The notes under the pieces are model-generated. The model was not told the DNA's origin and ran no database searches. It saw nothing but the letters and a program-made list of their open reading frames with translations. This document shows positions 29,359-40,074 of a stretch of DNA of 64,000 nucleotides, in pieces (the first letter of the stretch is position 1; every line of letters begins with the position of its first letter). The stretch spans positions 68,879 through 132,878 of the forward strand of contig JAPPFJ010000003.1 in NCBI GenBank assembly GCA_028877215.1, written 5' to 3'. Origin of the DNA: Gemmatimonadota bacterium (GTDB lineage: Bacteria; Latescibacterota; UBA2968; GCA-2709665). The position numbers and the translations under genes are program-made.

Positions 29359-30045
29359 TCAGAACAGCCGCTGCTGGGACATGGGCGTGAGGATATCCGG
29401 GTCGTCGTTCCGGACGCTGTTGACGCGGGTGCTGACGGCGCGGATTTCGTATGGGCCCGCGCGGGGTTTTCTGGCCAGGTCGAGTAGCGTCTCGGCGGGC
29501 GATTCGCCGTCGAGCCAGACCGAGAAATGTTCGGGATTGATGATGGCGGGTTGGCGGTGGTGGATGTCCGCCAACGGCGCGTCGGCGGCGGTCGTGAGGA
29601 TGGAAAAGGTCTCAATTGTGTCGCTGCCCCTGTTCCAGCGTTCCCACAGGCCGGCGAAGGACAGGGGCGACCCGTCTGCGAGCGCCAGGAAGTAGGGCTG
29701 TTTGCCGTGTCCGGCCCGCTGCCACTCGAACCAGCCGTCCGCGGGGACCAGGCAACGCCGGGAGCGGAAGGCCGCGCCGAAAGCCGGTTTTTCGTGTACG
29801 GTCTCGGACCGGGCGTTGATCATGCGCGCGCCCATTTTGATGTCTTTCGCCCACGCGGGCACCAGGCCCCAGCGAAGCCTGGCGATCACCCGGTCGCCGT
29901 TCTCGTCAGTGCGGCATACCGAGAAGTCCTGGGTGGGCGCCCCGTTGTACCGGGGCTCCGGGTCCGTCAGCGCCAGGGGTTCGGCCAGGGCGTAGAGTTC
30001 ATGGAGTTCGCGCCAGGTCATCATCTGGGTGAATCGCCCGCACAT
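29359..30045 (-). CDS. SOS response-associated peptidase (SRAP/YedK/HMCES)
   Basis: MCGRF start (catalytic Cys2), RYN.APTQ, WGLVP.W, INARSET, RCLVPADG.FEW, HHRQP. Confidence 0.93.
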   Translation of the reverse strand: MCGRFTQMMTWRELHELYALAEPLALTDPEPRYNGAPTQDFSVCRTDENGDRVIARLRWGLVPAWAKDIKMGARMINARSETVHEKPAFGAAFRSRRCLVPADGWFEWQRAGHGKQPYFLALADGSPLSFAGLWERWNRGSDTIETFSILTTAADAPLADIHHRQPAIINPEHFSVWLDGESPAETLLDLARKPRAGPYEIRAVSTRVNSVRNDDPDILTPMSQQRLF

Positions 30046-30199
30046 AGGCTCATTTCCTCTGGCTGCCTCGCTGACCCGATTACTCGCCCGGGGGTTGTCA
30101 TTCGGCCGCCGGGAGCGCATTGTGATGGTGCTTCGGGGTCGTTTACAGTCCGGGTCGCTTTGAAAGCACCGTGCAATTTCGGCCTTCCGGAAAATGGTG

Positions 30200-33100
30200 T
30201 CAATGAAAATCCCGGCTCTTGTGGCGGGCCGCTCCGGTATCCAGTTTCGGCTTCCAGATTTTTTCAACCACCAGGTGGGTGACGCCCTCTCCCACCTGCA
30301 GTTTTCCGGTTACGCCCATGCAGGAAAGCGTTTTGGCCAGCAGGGAATAGCGCTTGAACGTCCTTTCCCAGATCACCAGGTTCACAAACCCCGTCTCATC
30401 CTCCAGGGTCATGAAGGTAACGCCTTTCGCGGTTCCCGGGCGCTGGCGGCAGATGACCATCCCCGCGTAGCGAACCCGGCGTCCGTCCTGCATCCGGTTG
30501 ATCTGGCGCGCCGTGGGCAGACCGCGGGCGGCCAGCTGGGAGCGCAGCGGCTTCAGGAGGTGCCCCCGCGCGCTGTGGTCGGCGGCCTGATGGTCCCATG
30601 CAACGGTCTCCAACCCGCTCAGGGGAGGAAACCGGGGCGGCGAAACGTGGTTGTTCATCGGCAGCGCCGGCGCCTCCGGGGTTGCGATACCGTGGACCTG
30701 CCAGAGCGCGTCGCGCCGGTCCAGGTCGAAACACTCGAAGGCGCCCGCCTCGGCCAGGGTCTCCAGCTTGTCCTGGCGAACCCCGCCGCGCCGGGTGACG
30801 TCGTCAAGGTCCTTAAAAGGGCGCTTCCTCGCGGCGTCCGAAAGCCGGCGTCCGTCTGCATCGCCCAGTCCGCTGACGTAACGCAGCCCCATGCGCACGG
30901 CGAACGTAGCGGGCGACGTGCGGGATGAGGCCGGCTCGAGGGTGCAGTCCCAGTCGCTTTCGCGTATGCAGACGGGCCGCACGGCGACTCCGTGCCTGCG
31001 GGCGTCGTTGACGATGGTGGCGGGCTCGTAAAACCCCATGGGCTGGGCATTCAGCAGGGCGCAGACGAACTCCGCCGGATAGTGGCATTTGAGATAGGCG
31101 GTGGCATAGGCGATATGGGCAAAGCTGGCGGCGTGACTCTCGGGAAAGCCGTAGTCGCCGAAGCCGCGGATCTGGTCGAAGATGCGTTCGGCAAATTCGC
31201 GTTCAATGCCCTTTTTGACCATGCGGGTGACGAGGCGGTGATGGTGCCGCTCGATGCGACCGGAACGCCGCCACGCCGCCATGTCCCGCCGGAGCTGATC
31301 GGCCTCGCCGGGGGTGTAGTCGGCCGCAACCATGGCCAGCTGCATCACCTGTTCCTGAAACAGGGGAATGCCCAGGGTTTTCCTGAGAACGGGAACGAGG
31401 GAAGGATGGGGATATTCGACTTCCTCGTCCCCGTTGCGCCGTCGCAGATAGGGATGCACCATGCCGCCCGTGATGGGTCCGGGACGCACAATGCTGATTT
31501 CGATCACCAGGTCGTAATAACTGCGCGGCTTGAGGCGCCCCAGCATGGCCATCTGCGCCCGGCTTTCGATCTGAAACACCCCCACGGTATCGCTGCGGCA
31601 GATCATATCGAAAGTTGGCGCATCGGCCCGGGGGAGGGTGGCCAGAGACATGTCCCGCCCGCGGTGCCGCCGCATGAGATCGAAGCAGAGATGCAGATGG
31701 GTGAGCGCGCCCAGCCCCAGCAGGTCCACCTTGAACAGGCCGGCCTGCTCCACGTCCTCCTTGTCCCATTGAATGACCGTTCTGCCGTCCATGGTGGCAT
31801 TCTCGATGGGCACCAGTTCGTGGACGGGGCGATGGCCCAGTAGAAAGCCGCCGGGGTGGATGGAGAGATGGCGGGGAAAATCCTGGATCTCTTTCACAAG
31901 GGAAACGAGATGGCGCATGGCCGGGTTTTGAGGATCGAGCCCGGCCTGTGCGATGAAGGCATCGCTCCAGCTTTCATGGGACACCAGCTTGGCCAGCCGG
32001 TCCAGGCTGGTTGCTGAAATCTCCAGCGCCTTGCCGACTTCACGGATGGCGGACCGGTACCGGTAACGCACCACGTTGGCCACCATGGCGGCGCGGTCGC
32101 GTCCGTATTTTTCGTACATGTGCTGGATCACTTCTTCTCTCCGGTTGTGTTCGATATCCAGGTCGATATCCGGCGGCTCGGCCCTTTCCCTGGACAGAAA
32201 GCGTTCGAAGAGAAGTTCCACCTGGGTCGGGTCCACGCTGGTGATCCCCAGGGCGAAACAGACCGCCGAGTTTGCAGCCGACCCCCGGCCCTGGCAGAGG
32301 ATATTTTGACGGCGGCAGTACTCGACGATTTCGTACATGGTCAGGAAGTAGCCTTCGTACTCCAGTTCCTGGATCAGTTCGAGTTCCTTCTCCAGTTGTT
32401 GAATCTGGTCCCGGAACTTTCCACCCATCCGGCGCGCGGCGCCCTCGAACGTCCGGTCGCGCAGGTACTGGATGGAAGTCTTGCCCTCCGGCACGCGTTC
32501 CAGCGGATAGCGGTAGCGCAGTTCCTGGAGCGAGAAGGAACAGCGGTCGGCAATTTCCCGGGTCCGCCCGACCGACTCCGGATCGTCCATAAAGAGGCGG
32601 GCCAGGTCGTCCGGATGCGTCAGGGCGTGCCGGTCGTTCGGCCGGATGTGCCGGCCGGCCGTGGACAGGGTCACGCCTTCCCGGATACATGTCAGGACGT
32701 CCTGCAGGCGTCGCCGTTCGGGTGTGTGATAGAGGACTTCCACGGCGGCCACGGTGGGAAGGCCGAACCGGTCCGCCAGTTCCCGGAGCCGGATTTCCCG
32801 CAGGATCTCCTCCGCCCGGCGGTGTCTGGCCAACAGGATGTACAGGCGATCCCCGAATGCCGTTTTGAGTTGTTCCAGCACGGGCTCCGGGCCGCCCTCT
32901 GCGGGAGCTTCCGGCCCGGCCCGGCCGATCCACAGGGCGATCAGACCGGGATTGCGGCCACACACTTCATCCAGGTCTAGCGTACACGTTCCCTTGGAGG
33001 AACGCAGATGCCCGTCGGTCAGCAGGCTGCAGAGATTGCCGTAGCCCTTTCGGTTCTGGGCCAACAACAGGATTTCCGATCCGTCCCGGAGGCCGACCTG

Positions 33101-33319
33101 CGACCCTGCGATCAGGTGTATGCCCGCCTGCAGGGCCTGAACGTGAGCCCTGACGATCCCGTACACGCCGTTCCGGTCGGTAAGCGCCATGGCCGGAAGG
33201 CCGTTCCGCCAGCAGGCCTCGACCAGTTCCTCCGGATGGCTGGCGCCTTCCAGAAAGGAATAGTTGCTCTTGCACCAGAGGGGGACGTAGAGCGGATTGG
33301 GGGCGGGGGCTGTGGTCAT
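30200..33319 (-). CDS. dnaE2: Error-prone DNA polymerase III alpha subunit (ImuC)
   Basis: [13 protein letters not shown] start, [24 protein letters not shown]-terminal SRDFH; ATGA overlap with imuB. Confidence 0.96.
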   Translation of the reverse strand: MTTAPAPNPLYVPLWCKSNYSFLEGASHPEELVEACWRNGLPAMALTDRNGVYGIVRAHVQALQAGIHLIAGSQVGLRDGSEILLLAQNRKGYGNLCSLLTDGHLRSSKGTCTLDLDEVCGRNPGLIALWIGRAGPEAPAEGGPEPVLEQLKTAFGDRLYILLARHRRAEEILREIRLRELADRFGLPTVAAVEVLYHTPERRRLQDVLTCIREGVTLSTAGRHIRPNDRHALTHPDDLARLFMDDPESVGRTREIADRCSFSLQELRYRYPLERVPEGKTSIQYLRDRTFEGAARRMGGKFRDQIQQLEKELELIQELEYEGYFLTMYEIVEYCRRQNILCQGRGSAANSAVCFALGITSVDPTQVELLFERFLSRERAEPPDIDLDIEHNRREEVIQHMYEKYGRDRAAMVANVVRYRYRSAIREVGKALEISATSLDRLAKLVSHESWSDAFIAQAGLDPQNPAMRHLVSLVKEIQDFPRHLSIHPGGFLLGHRPVHELVPIENATMDGRTVIQWDKEDVEQAGLFKVDLLGLGALTHLHLCFDLMRRHRGRDMSLATLPRADAPTFDMICRSDTVGVFQIESRAQMAMLGRLKPRSYYDLVIEISIVRPGPITGGMVHPYLRRRNGDEEVEYPHPSLVPVLRKTLGIPLFQEQVMQLAMVAADYTPGEADQLRRDMAAWRRSGRIERHHHRLVTRMVKKGIEREFAERIFDQIRGFGDYGFPESHAASFAHIAYATAYLKCHYPAEFVCALLNAQPMGFYEPATIVNDARRHGVAVRPVCIRESDWDCTLEPASSRTSPATFAVRMGLRYVSGLGDADGRRLSDAARKRPFKDLDDVTRRGGVRQDKLETLAEAGAFECFDLDRRDALWQVHGIATPEAPALPMNNHVSPPRFPPLSGLETVAWDHQAADHSARGHLLKPLRSQLAARGLPTARQINRMQDGRRVRYAGMVICRQRPGTAKGVTFMTLEDETGFVNLVIWERTFKRYSLLAKTLSCMGVTGKLQVGEGVTHLVVEKIWKPKLDTGAARHKSRDFH

Positions 33320-34818
33320 TCGACCCGGCCCTGGGCGTACCAGCGATGCATTTGCTCGTCGTAATAGATCCAGAGGCGCTCCCCCCGGCGGGTCCTGATG
33401 AACCGGTAGTCTCTCCGGACCTCCCGATGCCACCATCCTCCGCTGATCGCGTGTCCCGGCGGATGTCCCGCGCCCGGAAGCGGCTTCCGGTTTTTCGCGT
33501 GGTCAAGGGAAGCCCCTTCCAGGTGTTCGGGGCAGGCGTGGACGCGCCGCACCAGGGGGCGCATGCGGACCGGTTGGGGACTGGCGACGGCAAGCTTCCC
33601 GAAGGGCTGCCACTCGAAACGGGCTTCGGGCAGGTGCCCCGGTTTGAGCCGGGCCGACAGCACGGAATCGGGGCCGAACTCGGCGCGAACCCGGGCCAGG
33701 GCATCCAGGGCCGCCTCAAGATTGCGGCGTGGGTTCTGCTGCAGCAGGTCCAGTGTTTCGGCGGAGACGTACACGCCCTCCGCCTCAAGGGCCAGTTCCA
33801 CCGGGGGAGCACGGAAAGAGACCGTTTCCAGGTGCAAACGGAGCAGATCCAGCAGGACCGGCGCCTCCAGGGTCGGCCTTGCCGGCTGGATGCGCTGGCG
33901 ATGACGCTCTCCGTCTTCAAGCAGCAGTTGCAGATGCAGGGCCGCCACCGCCTGGCACCGTGCCGCCGTCGCCCGCAACAGAGGACCCAGTCGCTGGCGG
34001 ATCCAGAAGAGGAGTCTCTGTGCATTGGATTCGGGCTCGTCCAGGTCTATCCGGACGCGGAGGGGCTCGGGGATCTTTCGGGATTGAATCGGCAGCGACA
34101 GCGTTCCCGACGCAAAACGGTAGAGGCTCCAGGCCTGCTCGCCGAGGTGATGCGCAATGCCGCCCGCGGGAAGCGCCAGGAAGTCGCTCACGGTATGGAC
34201 CGCCAGCTTTTCGAGCCGGTCGCGCAGCTTCGGGTCGATCTGCAGATGCAGCAGCCGCACCATGCGGCTTTCCGTCTGCTCGACCTCCGGGGAAGGGAGC
34301 ACGGTCAACCGGTTCACCGACCTGGCGACGGCATAGCTGCCGAAACGGCTGAAGCCGACGACGATGCCGGCCTTTAACGCCAGCCTGGAGAGGCGGGCGT
34401 CGATCTGTCTGGCCCAGTCTTCAAGAGAGGTATGGAGCTTGTCGAGCCCGCTGGCATCGACCCAGAAAATCCCGGGCTCGTCGTCGGAGGGCTCGATCCG
34501 GGGGCTGAAACGGTCCAGAAGCCGGTGGACCTGCCGCACCGCGGCCTGAATTTCCCTCTCGGAAACCGTTCCCGCGCACAGGTTCTGGTCCAGCGAAAGG
34601 GCCGAGGCATAGCGCATACCCGTACGGATGCCGGCCCGGCCGGCCGCTGAGTTCACCCAGAGGATGGGGCTCTGGGGATTCTCTTTTTCCACCACCGCGA
34701 CCGGCCTTCGCTTCCACTCCGGGTGTCTCCTCAGCAGGAGTTGCAGCGGCAGCGCCCGGATATTAATGCAGGCCGTCCGGCCCGCGGCAGATTTCGGTGT
34801 GGCGCCAACCCGGTCCAT
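33316..34818 (-). CDS. imuB: Y-family polymerase-like ImuB
   Basis: N..A...GI..GM....A, FSP.IE, C-terminal GGWW...RRDY...WIY; lies between imuA and dnaE2. Confidence 0.9.
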   Translation of the reverse strand: MDRVGATPKSAAGRTACINIRALPLQLLLRRHPEWKRRPVAVVEKENPQSPILWVNSAAGRAGIRTGMRYASALSLDQNLCAGTVSEREIQAAVRQVHRLLDRFSPRIEPSDDEPGIFWVDASGLDKLHTSLEDWARQIDARLSRLALKAGIVVGFSRFGSYAVARSVNRLTVLPSPEVEQTESRMVRLLHLQIDPKLRDRLEKLAVHTVSDFLALPAGGIAHHLGEQAWSLYRFASGTLSLPIQSRKIPEPLRVRIDLDEPESNAQRLLFWIRQRLGPLLRATAARCQAVAALHLQLLLEDGERHRQRIQPARPTLEAPVLLDLLRLHLETVSFRAPPVELALEAEGVYVSAETLDLLQQNPRRNLEAALDALARVRAEFGPDSVLSARLKPGHLPEARFEWQPFGKLAVASPQPVRMRPLVRRVHACPEHLEGASLDHAKNRKPLPGAGHPPGHAISGGWWHREVRRDYRFIRTRRGERLWIYYDEQMHRWYAQGRVE

Positions 34819-35464
34819 GGCGTCTGTCCTTCAGAATTTCGATGTCGTACTGGAAGCGGTCGACCCCCAGGCGTCGGCAGGAGGATTGCCCTCGCAGACA
34901 GACCATCGGTCCCAGTGAAGGCGTCTCCCTGGCTTTTGAGGTCAGGCAGAGCAGAGCGGTGTCGTGGGCCCGCGCCAGGTGGGCCATGCGCGCCTGCAGC
35001 GGAAACGGAATGGCGGGATCGGCGTGCAGGTCCATCACCACCAGGCCGAAGGCGCCCGATCTCAGGAGCCGGTCCGCCGAACGCGCCGCGGACTGCGCAT
35101 CGGGCACGTTGATGACGACGAGGGCATTCAGGTCCACGCCGTTTTCGGCGGCATCGGGTGCGAAGAAGGTATCCGGCGTGGCCGTGATCCAGGCCACCGG
35201 CTCATGCCCGAGCTGCGCATCCAGCACCAGCCGGAAGGCAGCCGTGAGCAGACCGGCTCCTGAACCGGAGGAGAGTTCGCAGAGGCGCCCGGCCAACTGC
35301 GCCAGCGACCAGCGTGGCGTTTTCGTTCGGGCCCTGATCCTGTTAAGATCGGCCCGGAGGCGCTGTAACCCGCTGTCCTGCAAGGCTGAAAAGCGTTCTC
35401 GTGTGATATTGCCCGATACGTCCCGCACCTGGATGACCTTTCCCGGGGGTGAAAACGGTTCCAC
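34763..35464 (-). CDS. imuA: RecA-like ImuA
   Basis: GRLCELS, FFAPDA...GVDL..L, LLRSGAFGLVV.D; first gene of the cassette; GTG start after AGGAG. Confidence 0.85.
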   Translation of the reverse strand: MEPFSPPGKVIQVRDVSGNITRERFSALQDSGLQRLRADLNRIRARTKTPRWSLAQLAGRLCELSSGSGAGLLTAAFRLVLDAQLGHEPVAWITATPDTFFAPDAAENGVDLNALVVINVPDAQSAARSADRLLRSGAFGLVVMDLHADPAIPFPLQARMAHLARAHDTALLCLTSKARETPSLGPMVCLRGQSSCRRLGVDRFQYDIEILKDRRHGPGWRHTEICRGPDGLH

Positions 35465-35494
35465 ATGCTCCTGAAGAAATATTCACAAACAAAA

Positions 35495-35519
35495 AAAAGA
35501 CGTATGTCTGTTTTGTCAA
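35495..35519 (-). promoter_or_regulatory. imuA promoter -35 with a palindromic operator (candidate SOS box)
   Basis: TTGACA on the minus strand (35514-35519) followed by AGAC-N4-GTCT (35498-35509); -10 is weak. Confidence 0.5.
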
Positions 35520-35570
35520 GCATTTTCTTCCGGCTTTATTTTATACCGGATGGACTTTTTCAACGGGCTG

Positions 35571-37700
35571 TTAAGGGCCCCGGTCGAAAACCTGTCCGAA
35601 CACCTGAACGCCCCAGACCGATCCTTCCGCTTCAGCAACCGCCACCCCCACGTGCGTCCAGTGCTTCGCCAGGATATTCGCGCGGTGCCCCGCGCTCAGC
35701 ATCCAGCCGGCGTGCATCGTTTCGACAAAACGCGTTCTCGCCACGTTTTCACCCACGCGGAAGGGCAACCGCCGGTACTCGGTATGCCATCCCGCGTCCA
35801 GGCCCGTCATGGAAAAATGAGATACAAAACCCATGGCAAGCACCTCCTCAAGCCGGATGCGCGCCACGTGCATCAACTCGGGATGTGGAAAAATCGAACC
35901 ACGGCGAATCCGTTTCCGGGCCGCGTTGATTCGATCGATCAGAAAAAGCTGGGCGGCCTCGTCCCCCGGATACGGGACAATGGCAAGCACCTCGTCTTCC
36001 AGCCTGCCGGGATTGCCGACAACCACCGACTGGTGGGAAGCGGTATAGGTACGCGCTCCGGGCAATACAACCTGAACCTGTACGCGGCAATGCCCTGCCT
36101 CGCCGAACCGGAACCGCGCGTGAAACCGCCCTCCCCGCCTGACCACGTCGCCTTCGATCGCGTCGCCGTCGGGCACGAGAAAACCCGTCACGTTTACATC
36201 TTCAACCTCGCCGTGGACCTGTCCCGAGACGGTCAGCTCCTCGCCGACGGCAACCGCCTCCGGAAGCCGGTCGACCGTTGCGAGATCCGTTCTCAGGCGG
36301 CCCGGATACCCGTAAGCGGGGGGCATCCGGACTTCCATTCTTCCGTCCGGCCAGGAGGTGAACGTCTGGCCGGACGGACCGGTCTCCACCAGACGTCCGT
36401 CGGGATACGTCCCGCCCGTTACATTAACCGACGCACCCTTGTCGGACGGGACGATCAGCAGGGAACCCTGACCGCGCGACGCCGACGGAGCGCCGTCAGA
36501 GGTCAATGCGGCGTTCCCTGGTGGCACCACGTGTGAACCCGCCGCGGCGGCGGTGTCGGATCCGCTTCCTGAAGGGGTATGTCCCGCCAGGGGGCCGGGA
36601 ACAGCTGAATGCCCGTCGGTTTCGCGCATCTCCACCTGTCGGTTGGGAGGGACCCCCAGGGTCGTGCCGTTCGGCAACTGCTGAACCGGCACGCCATCCA
36701 GGTTATGCTCGACAACCCGTCCGTCCGCCCCCTGATGTACCCGCGTTCCTGTCGCCATCCGCCACTCGCGGCGGCCATCGGGATAGGTGATTCGCTGGTT
36801 CTTGCGCCGGTCGGTATACACGACCCGTCCATCGGGAAAACGGTCTTCGCTGGAGCCTTTCGGAAATTCCACGCTGACCCGCCCGTCGCGATACTGCCAA
36901 CGCTGCCGGCCGTCCGGAAACGTCGTCCATATTCGTCCGTCGTCGAAGCGGCGCCGGCGCATGCCGCCCCCGGGACGCGACGCGCTCCTGGGGGCCAGGA
37001 ATACGCCCTTTATTACCCGCCAATAGCCAACAGGCGGAAGCTGCAGGCCGCCGTCACGCAGGTATTTCAGAGAGTGAACAACGCTTCTTTGGACCGTGTC
37101 GGCGTCTTCGAGTGCTTCCAGGCTGTCCACCACTTGACCAGTAAATCGCGCGAGGCGGGGGTATTCGCCGGGGTGCAGATGGATGTACAGATAGTGAAAG
37201 GCCGATACGGCCTTCGCCGTATCGGGACTCTCGTATATCTTGCCGCGTCCCAGCATCAGCGCTACCTGCACGCCACGTTCCGTCCACCCGGCCACGAGCG
37301 CGCCCCTGGGGATTCGATAGATTCGATTCCTGTCTACCAGCCGGACGTCTTGCACGAGACGGACGGTGTCCAGTCGTACGTCATAGATGCGAGCGGGTAT
37401 CCGGATCTCGTCTCCGGCCGATACCTCGGGGTTTTCGGACAGTGGAATTGTGATGTCTTCGGTTTCTGTTGCCGACCTGTCCGGCTGCGCGCGCGACACA
37501 TAGGCCTCGTCCGGCAGCGCCTCCTCGGTTGCGCCTCCGGCATCTCCCAGATAATCTGCCGCCGGTTTACCGGATACGTACCGATAGGTTCCCGGTTTCG
37601 CGACCGCGCCGGAAACCGTCACCCCTTCGTCAGGCTGACATCCGAGGAAGATCAGGATAAACGCCAGGACAGGATTCTTGAGTGTGTTATCGGGAGACAT
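35571..37700 (-). CDS. Putative lipoprotein: SLBB domain, (Y/F)PDG beta-hairpin repeats and C-terminal CAP/SCP domain
   Basis: Lipobox FLGC; VTVSGAV.KPG.Y...YL..AGG SLBB motif; repeated FPDG/YPDG; GENVA...W..SAGHRANIL...THVGVAV CAP motif. Confidence 0.75.
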   Translation of the reverse strand: MSPDNTLKNPVLAFILIFLGCQPDEGVTVSGAVAKPGTYRYVSGKPAADYLGDAGGATEEALPDEAYVSRAQPDRSATETEDITIPLSENPEVSAGDEIRIPARIYDVRLDTVRLVQDVRLVDRNRIYRIPRGALVAGWTERGVQVALMLGRGKIYESPDTAKAVSAFHYLYIHLHPGEYPRLARFTGQVVDSLEALEDADTVQRSVVHSLKYLRDGGLQLPPVGYWRVIKGVFLAPRSASRPGGGMRRRRFDDGRIWTTFPDGRQRWQYRDGRVSVEFPKGSSEDRFPDGRVVYTDRRKNQRITYPDGRREWRMATGTRVHQGADGRVVEHNLDGVPVQQLPNGTTLGVPPNRQVEMRETDGHSAVPGPLAGHTPSGSGSDTAAAAGSHVVPPGNAALTSDGAPSASRGQGSLLIVPSDKGASVNVTGGTYPDGRLVETGPSGQTFTSWPDGRMEVRMPPAYGYPGRLRTDLATVDRLPEAVAVGEELTVSGQVHGEVEDVNVTGFLVPDGDAIEGDVVRRGGRFHARFRFGEAGHCRVQVQVVLPGARTYTASHQSVVVGNPGRLEDEVLAIVPYPGDEAAQLFLIDRINAARKRIRRGSIFPHPELMHVARIRLEEVLAMGFVSHFSMTGLDAGWHTEYRRLPFRVGENVARTRFVETMHAGWMLSAGHRANILAKHWTHVGVAVAEAEGSVWGVQVFGQVFDRGP

Positions 37701-37836
37701 CGCACAAATCTCCGTGTGTGCCGGGCTGCCGCCAGATCATCGGGGCGGCTTGTTCGCGGACAGGAGAGACGCCGGCGCGGACCAGCTGTACAGGTGAAGA
37801 CCCCCGGGCGTTCTCCCAGGGGTCTCGCGTATACAA

Positions 37837-37877
37837 ACAGGCCGCCGGAATTCGGGTCGGGAAATCCGGCGGCCTGT
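37837..37877 (-). terminator. Probable intrinsic terminator
   Basis: 13-bp perfect stem ACAGGCCGCCGGA/TCCGGCGGCCTGT with a T-rich tail on the minus strand, downstream of the 38063-38392 gene. Confidence 0.55.
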
Positions 37878-38062
37878 ACTGAAACTCGCTAAATTCGGCT
37901 TTCTGGCAGACTGAGACCTTTCTGTATTGGCTTTTCGGGATCGCCAAATTCCGTCCGCCGTCGGCAGGGCGGACGCGCTGTGACGAGGATTCCCTTTCTC
38001 TCGGTTGGTAATTATCCCGAGAGTCGTGCCTGCCGTTATAGGCTGCCCATCTGCGGCGGTGC

Positions 38063-38392
38063 CTATCCCTTGAGGCGATTCAGCGTCCTCTGCACGAGCA
38101 CGGTGACCACACCGGCATACAGTGAGACACTGGCCAGGTCGACGATCGCATCCAGTTGCTCGCCGATTCCCGGAATGTTGCCAAGTACGTTGGCCATTCC
38201 CGCGCCGCCGACGGCGATTGCGAGCACGAGGTAGCCTGTGGCGTCCTCAGCGTCGATCGCAACGCCCGCATAGGCGAGACCCAGGATGACCAGCACGAGC
38301 GCAAGAATGCCCTCACCAAGGAAAGCGTCGCCAGCCAGGCCCCCAATGATCGCACCGAGGGCGATGAGACCTACGATAACTCTACCTGCCAT
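38063..38392 (-). CDS. Small hydrophobic membrane protein (about 4 TM)
   Basis: 109 aa, almost entirely hydrophobic; strong GGGAGG RBS. Confidence 0.75.
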   Translation of the reverse strand: MAGRVIVGLIALGAIIGGLAGDAFLGEGILALVLVILGLAYAGVAIDAEDATGYLVLAIAVGGAGMANVLGNIPGIGEQLDAIVDLASVSLYAGVVTVLVQRTLNRLKG

Positions 38393-39030
38393 GTCTACCT
38401 CCCTAAAAATTAGTTACTTGCCGCGGCTCGTGGACGATTTCGGCCGCAACGGTTACCGACGGAGCGGCGTGGGCGTCAGGTATGCCTCCCCGTCACGAAC
38501 ATCCTGCAGAAACCACCTTCAGATTTCAGCGTGCTTGCTATTGTGAACCGGTGGAGCCGGTCAATCCGAAACGAGTGGGGTGCTTCCGTAAGATGATTCG
38601 CAAACCGCATCGCGCTTGAACGTATCGTATGGACGCCCGATTCGCGGGTTGCGTGATCGCGGACGGGACTGTTACATTCGACCCATCCGCGTGGAAAGGC
38701 CTGGCGATCGGCAGGTTGGCCTGCCTTGCTCGAATTACCCTGAAGTGCAGGCCGTTGTACTACAAAGGATAGTGTCTCTACAACAACATTTATCCCATAT
38801 GTGGGGGATGCGTTGGAACGCACGGTGCAAATGGATTTACACGTTTCCTTAATAAAAGCATTGGCACAAGCCTTGTCAAGTGAATTTATTAAGCATTAAT
38901 CAAGCTTAATATTACCGATTCTCCAAGGGACAATTCGTATCGCCATTACGCACCGTCGCCGCGCCCGGTCCGGGCTCTGCCGGGCGGATCAAAGGCCGGG
39001 AATCTTACGGGATGCAGTCAGCCCTGAGTC

Positions 39031-39717
39031 TCACCGCTCCAGGACTTCCAGACAGGCCTTCATTCGCAGGTCGTGATCAGAGAATTGTCTCAACCAGTCC
39101 GCGACCGTCTTGCCGTCCGCCATTGTGGTATCCCGCTTTGCGCCGTTCTCCAGGAGGTATCGCGTCGTCTCCGCGTGTCCGTGGCCGGCGGCGCAGTACA
39201 GGGGAAAGTGACCGTTATCCGCGGTGTCGTTGACGTCCGCTTCATGGACGACCAGTTGCCTGACGATGTCCAGGTCGCCGTTCCGGGAAGCGTGATGAAG
39301 GGCCGTGTCGCCGCGCGCGTACCGTACATGTACCAGTCGCGAATCGGTGCGAAGCATGGTTTCGACCCGGTGGACGTTGGCCAGAAAAACAGCGTAGATA
39401 AACTGCCGCGCGGCCTCGTTTGACGGTTTCGTATGCGCGTCGAGTCCGCCGTAGGTGATCAACAGCGATACAATGTCCTTGTTATCGGGCACCTCGGCGG
39501 CGTAGTGGATCGCGTAACCGTCGTGAGCCGCCAGATCGGCGCCGCGGTCGATCAGGTACTGAACAACGTCCAGGCGGCGGCGCAGGCCTGCATGGAAGAC
39601 GGGTCGCCACCCGTGTCTGTCGTCCTGATCAACCGTCCACGGGCGTTCCTCCACGATTTTCTTCAGCGTGTCGAGGTCGCCGTAGCTCGCGGCTTCATGA
39701 ATGGAACCGGACTCCAT
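39031..39717 (-). CDS. Ankyrin repeat protein
   Basis: IHEAA..GD, TALHHASRNG, PLYCAAGHGH repeats. Confidence 0.88.
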   Translation of the reverse strand: MESGSIHEAASYGDLDTLKKIVEERPWTVDQDDRHGWRPVFHAGLRRRLDVVQYLIDRGADLAAHDGYAIHYAAEVPDNKDIVSLLITYGGLDAHTKPSNEAARQFIYAVFLANVHRVETMLRTDSRLVHVRYARGDTALHHASRNGDLDIVRQLVVHEADVNDTADNGHFPLYCAAGHGHAETTRYLLENGAKRDTTMADGKTVADWLRQFSDHDLRMKACLEVLER

Positions 39718-39975
39718 CGTCTTTCTCCTCGAAGGCTTTTGCCAACTCCGCGCCAGTTACCTGCTGGTCGAATTTTCACCGGCATCGTTTGCTCTTGCCG
39801 ACGGGTCACGGCCCTCAAGGCCACCTGACCGCTGACGCTCAGGTCAACGTACCGTTAAGAGGCGTGAGACATGGCAATGCGCGGTCGCTCACGTTGCAAG
39901 ATAGGGCGTGGATAGGGGGAGTTCAAGGAAAATGCAGTCTATGCGTGCTCATCCGCCATAAACGGATCCCGTTTC

Positions 39976-40004
39976 TTGACGCATATATGCGGAATAACTA
40001 TATT
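39976..40004 (+). promoter_or_regulatory. Sigma70-type promoter of recG
   Basis: TTGACG-17 nt-TATATT. Confidence 0.5.
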
Positions 40005-40074
40005 CGTACGAGCCGCGGTATTCCGCGAGACCAGGGTATCCCTGCAACTCCCGCCAATCAGGAAAGGCCGTTCG

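Noticed and set aside
30046-30267. N-terminal extension of SRAP
   Set aside because: SRAP needs Cys at position 2, so the start is ATG 30045.
38861-38877. Sigma54 promoter TTGGCAC-N5-TTGT on the plus strand
   Set aside because: The invariant -12 GC is GT and no plus-strand gene follows; it overlaps a better minus-strand TTGACA.
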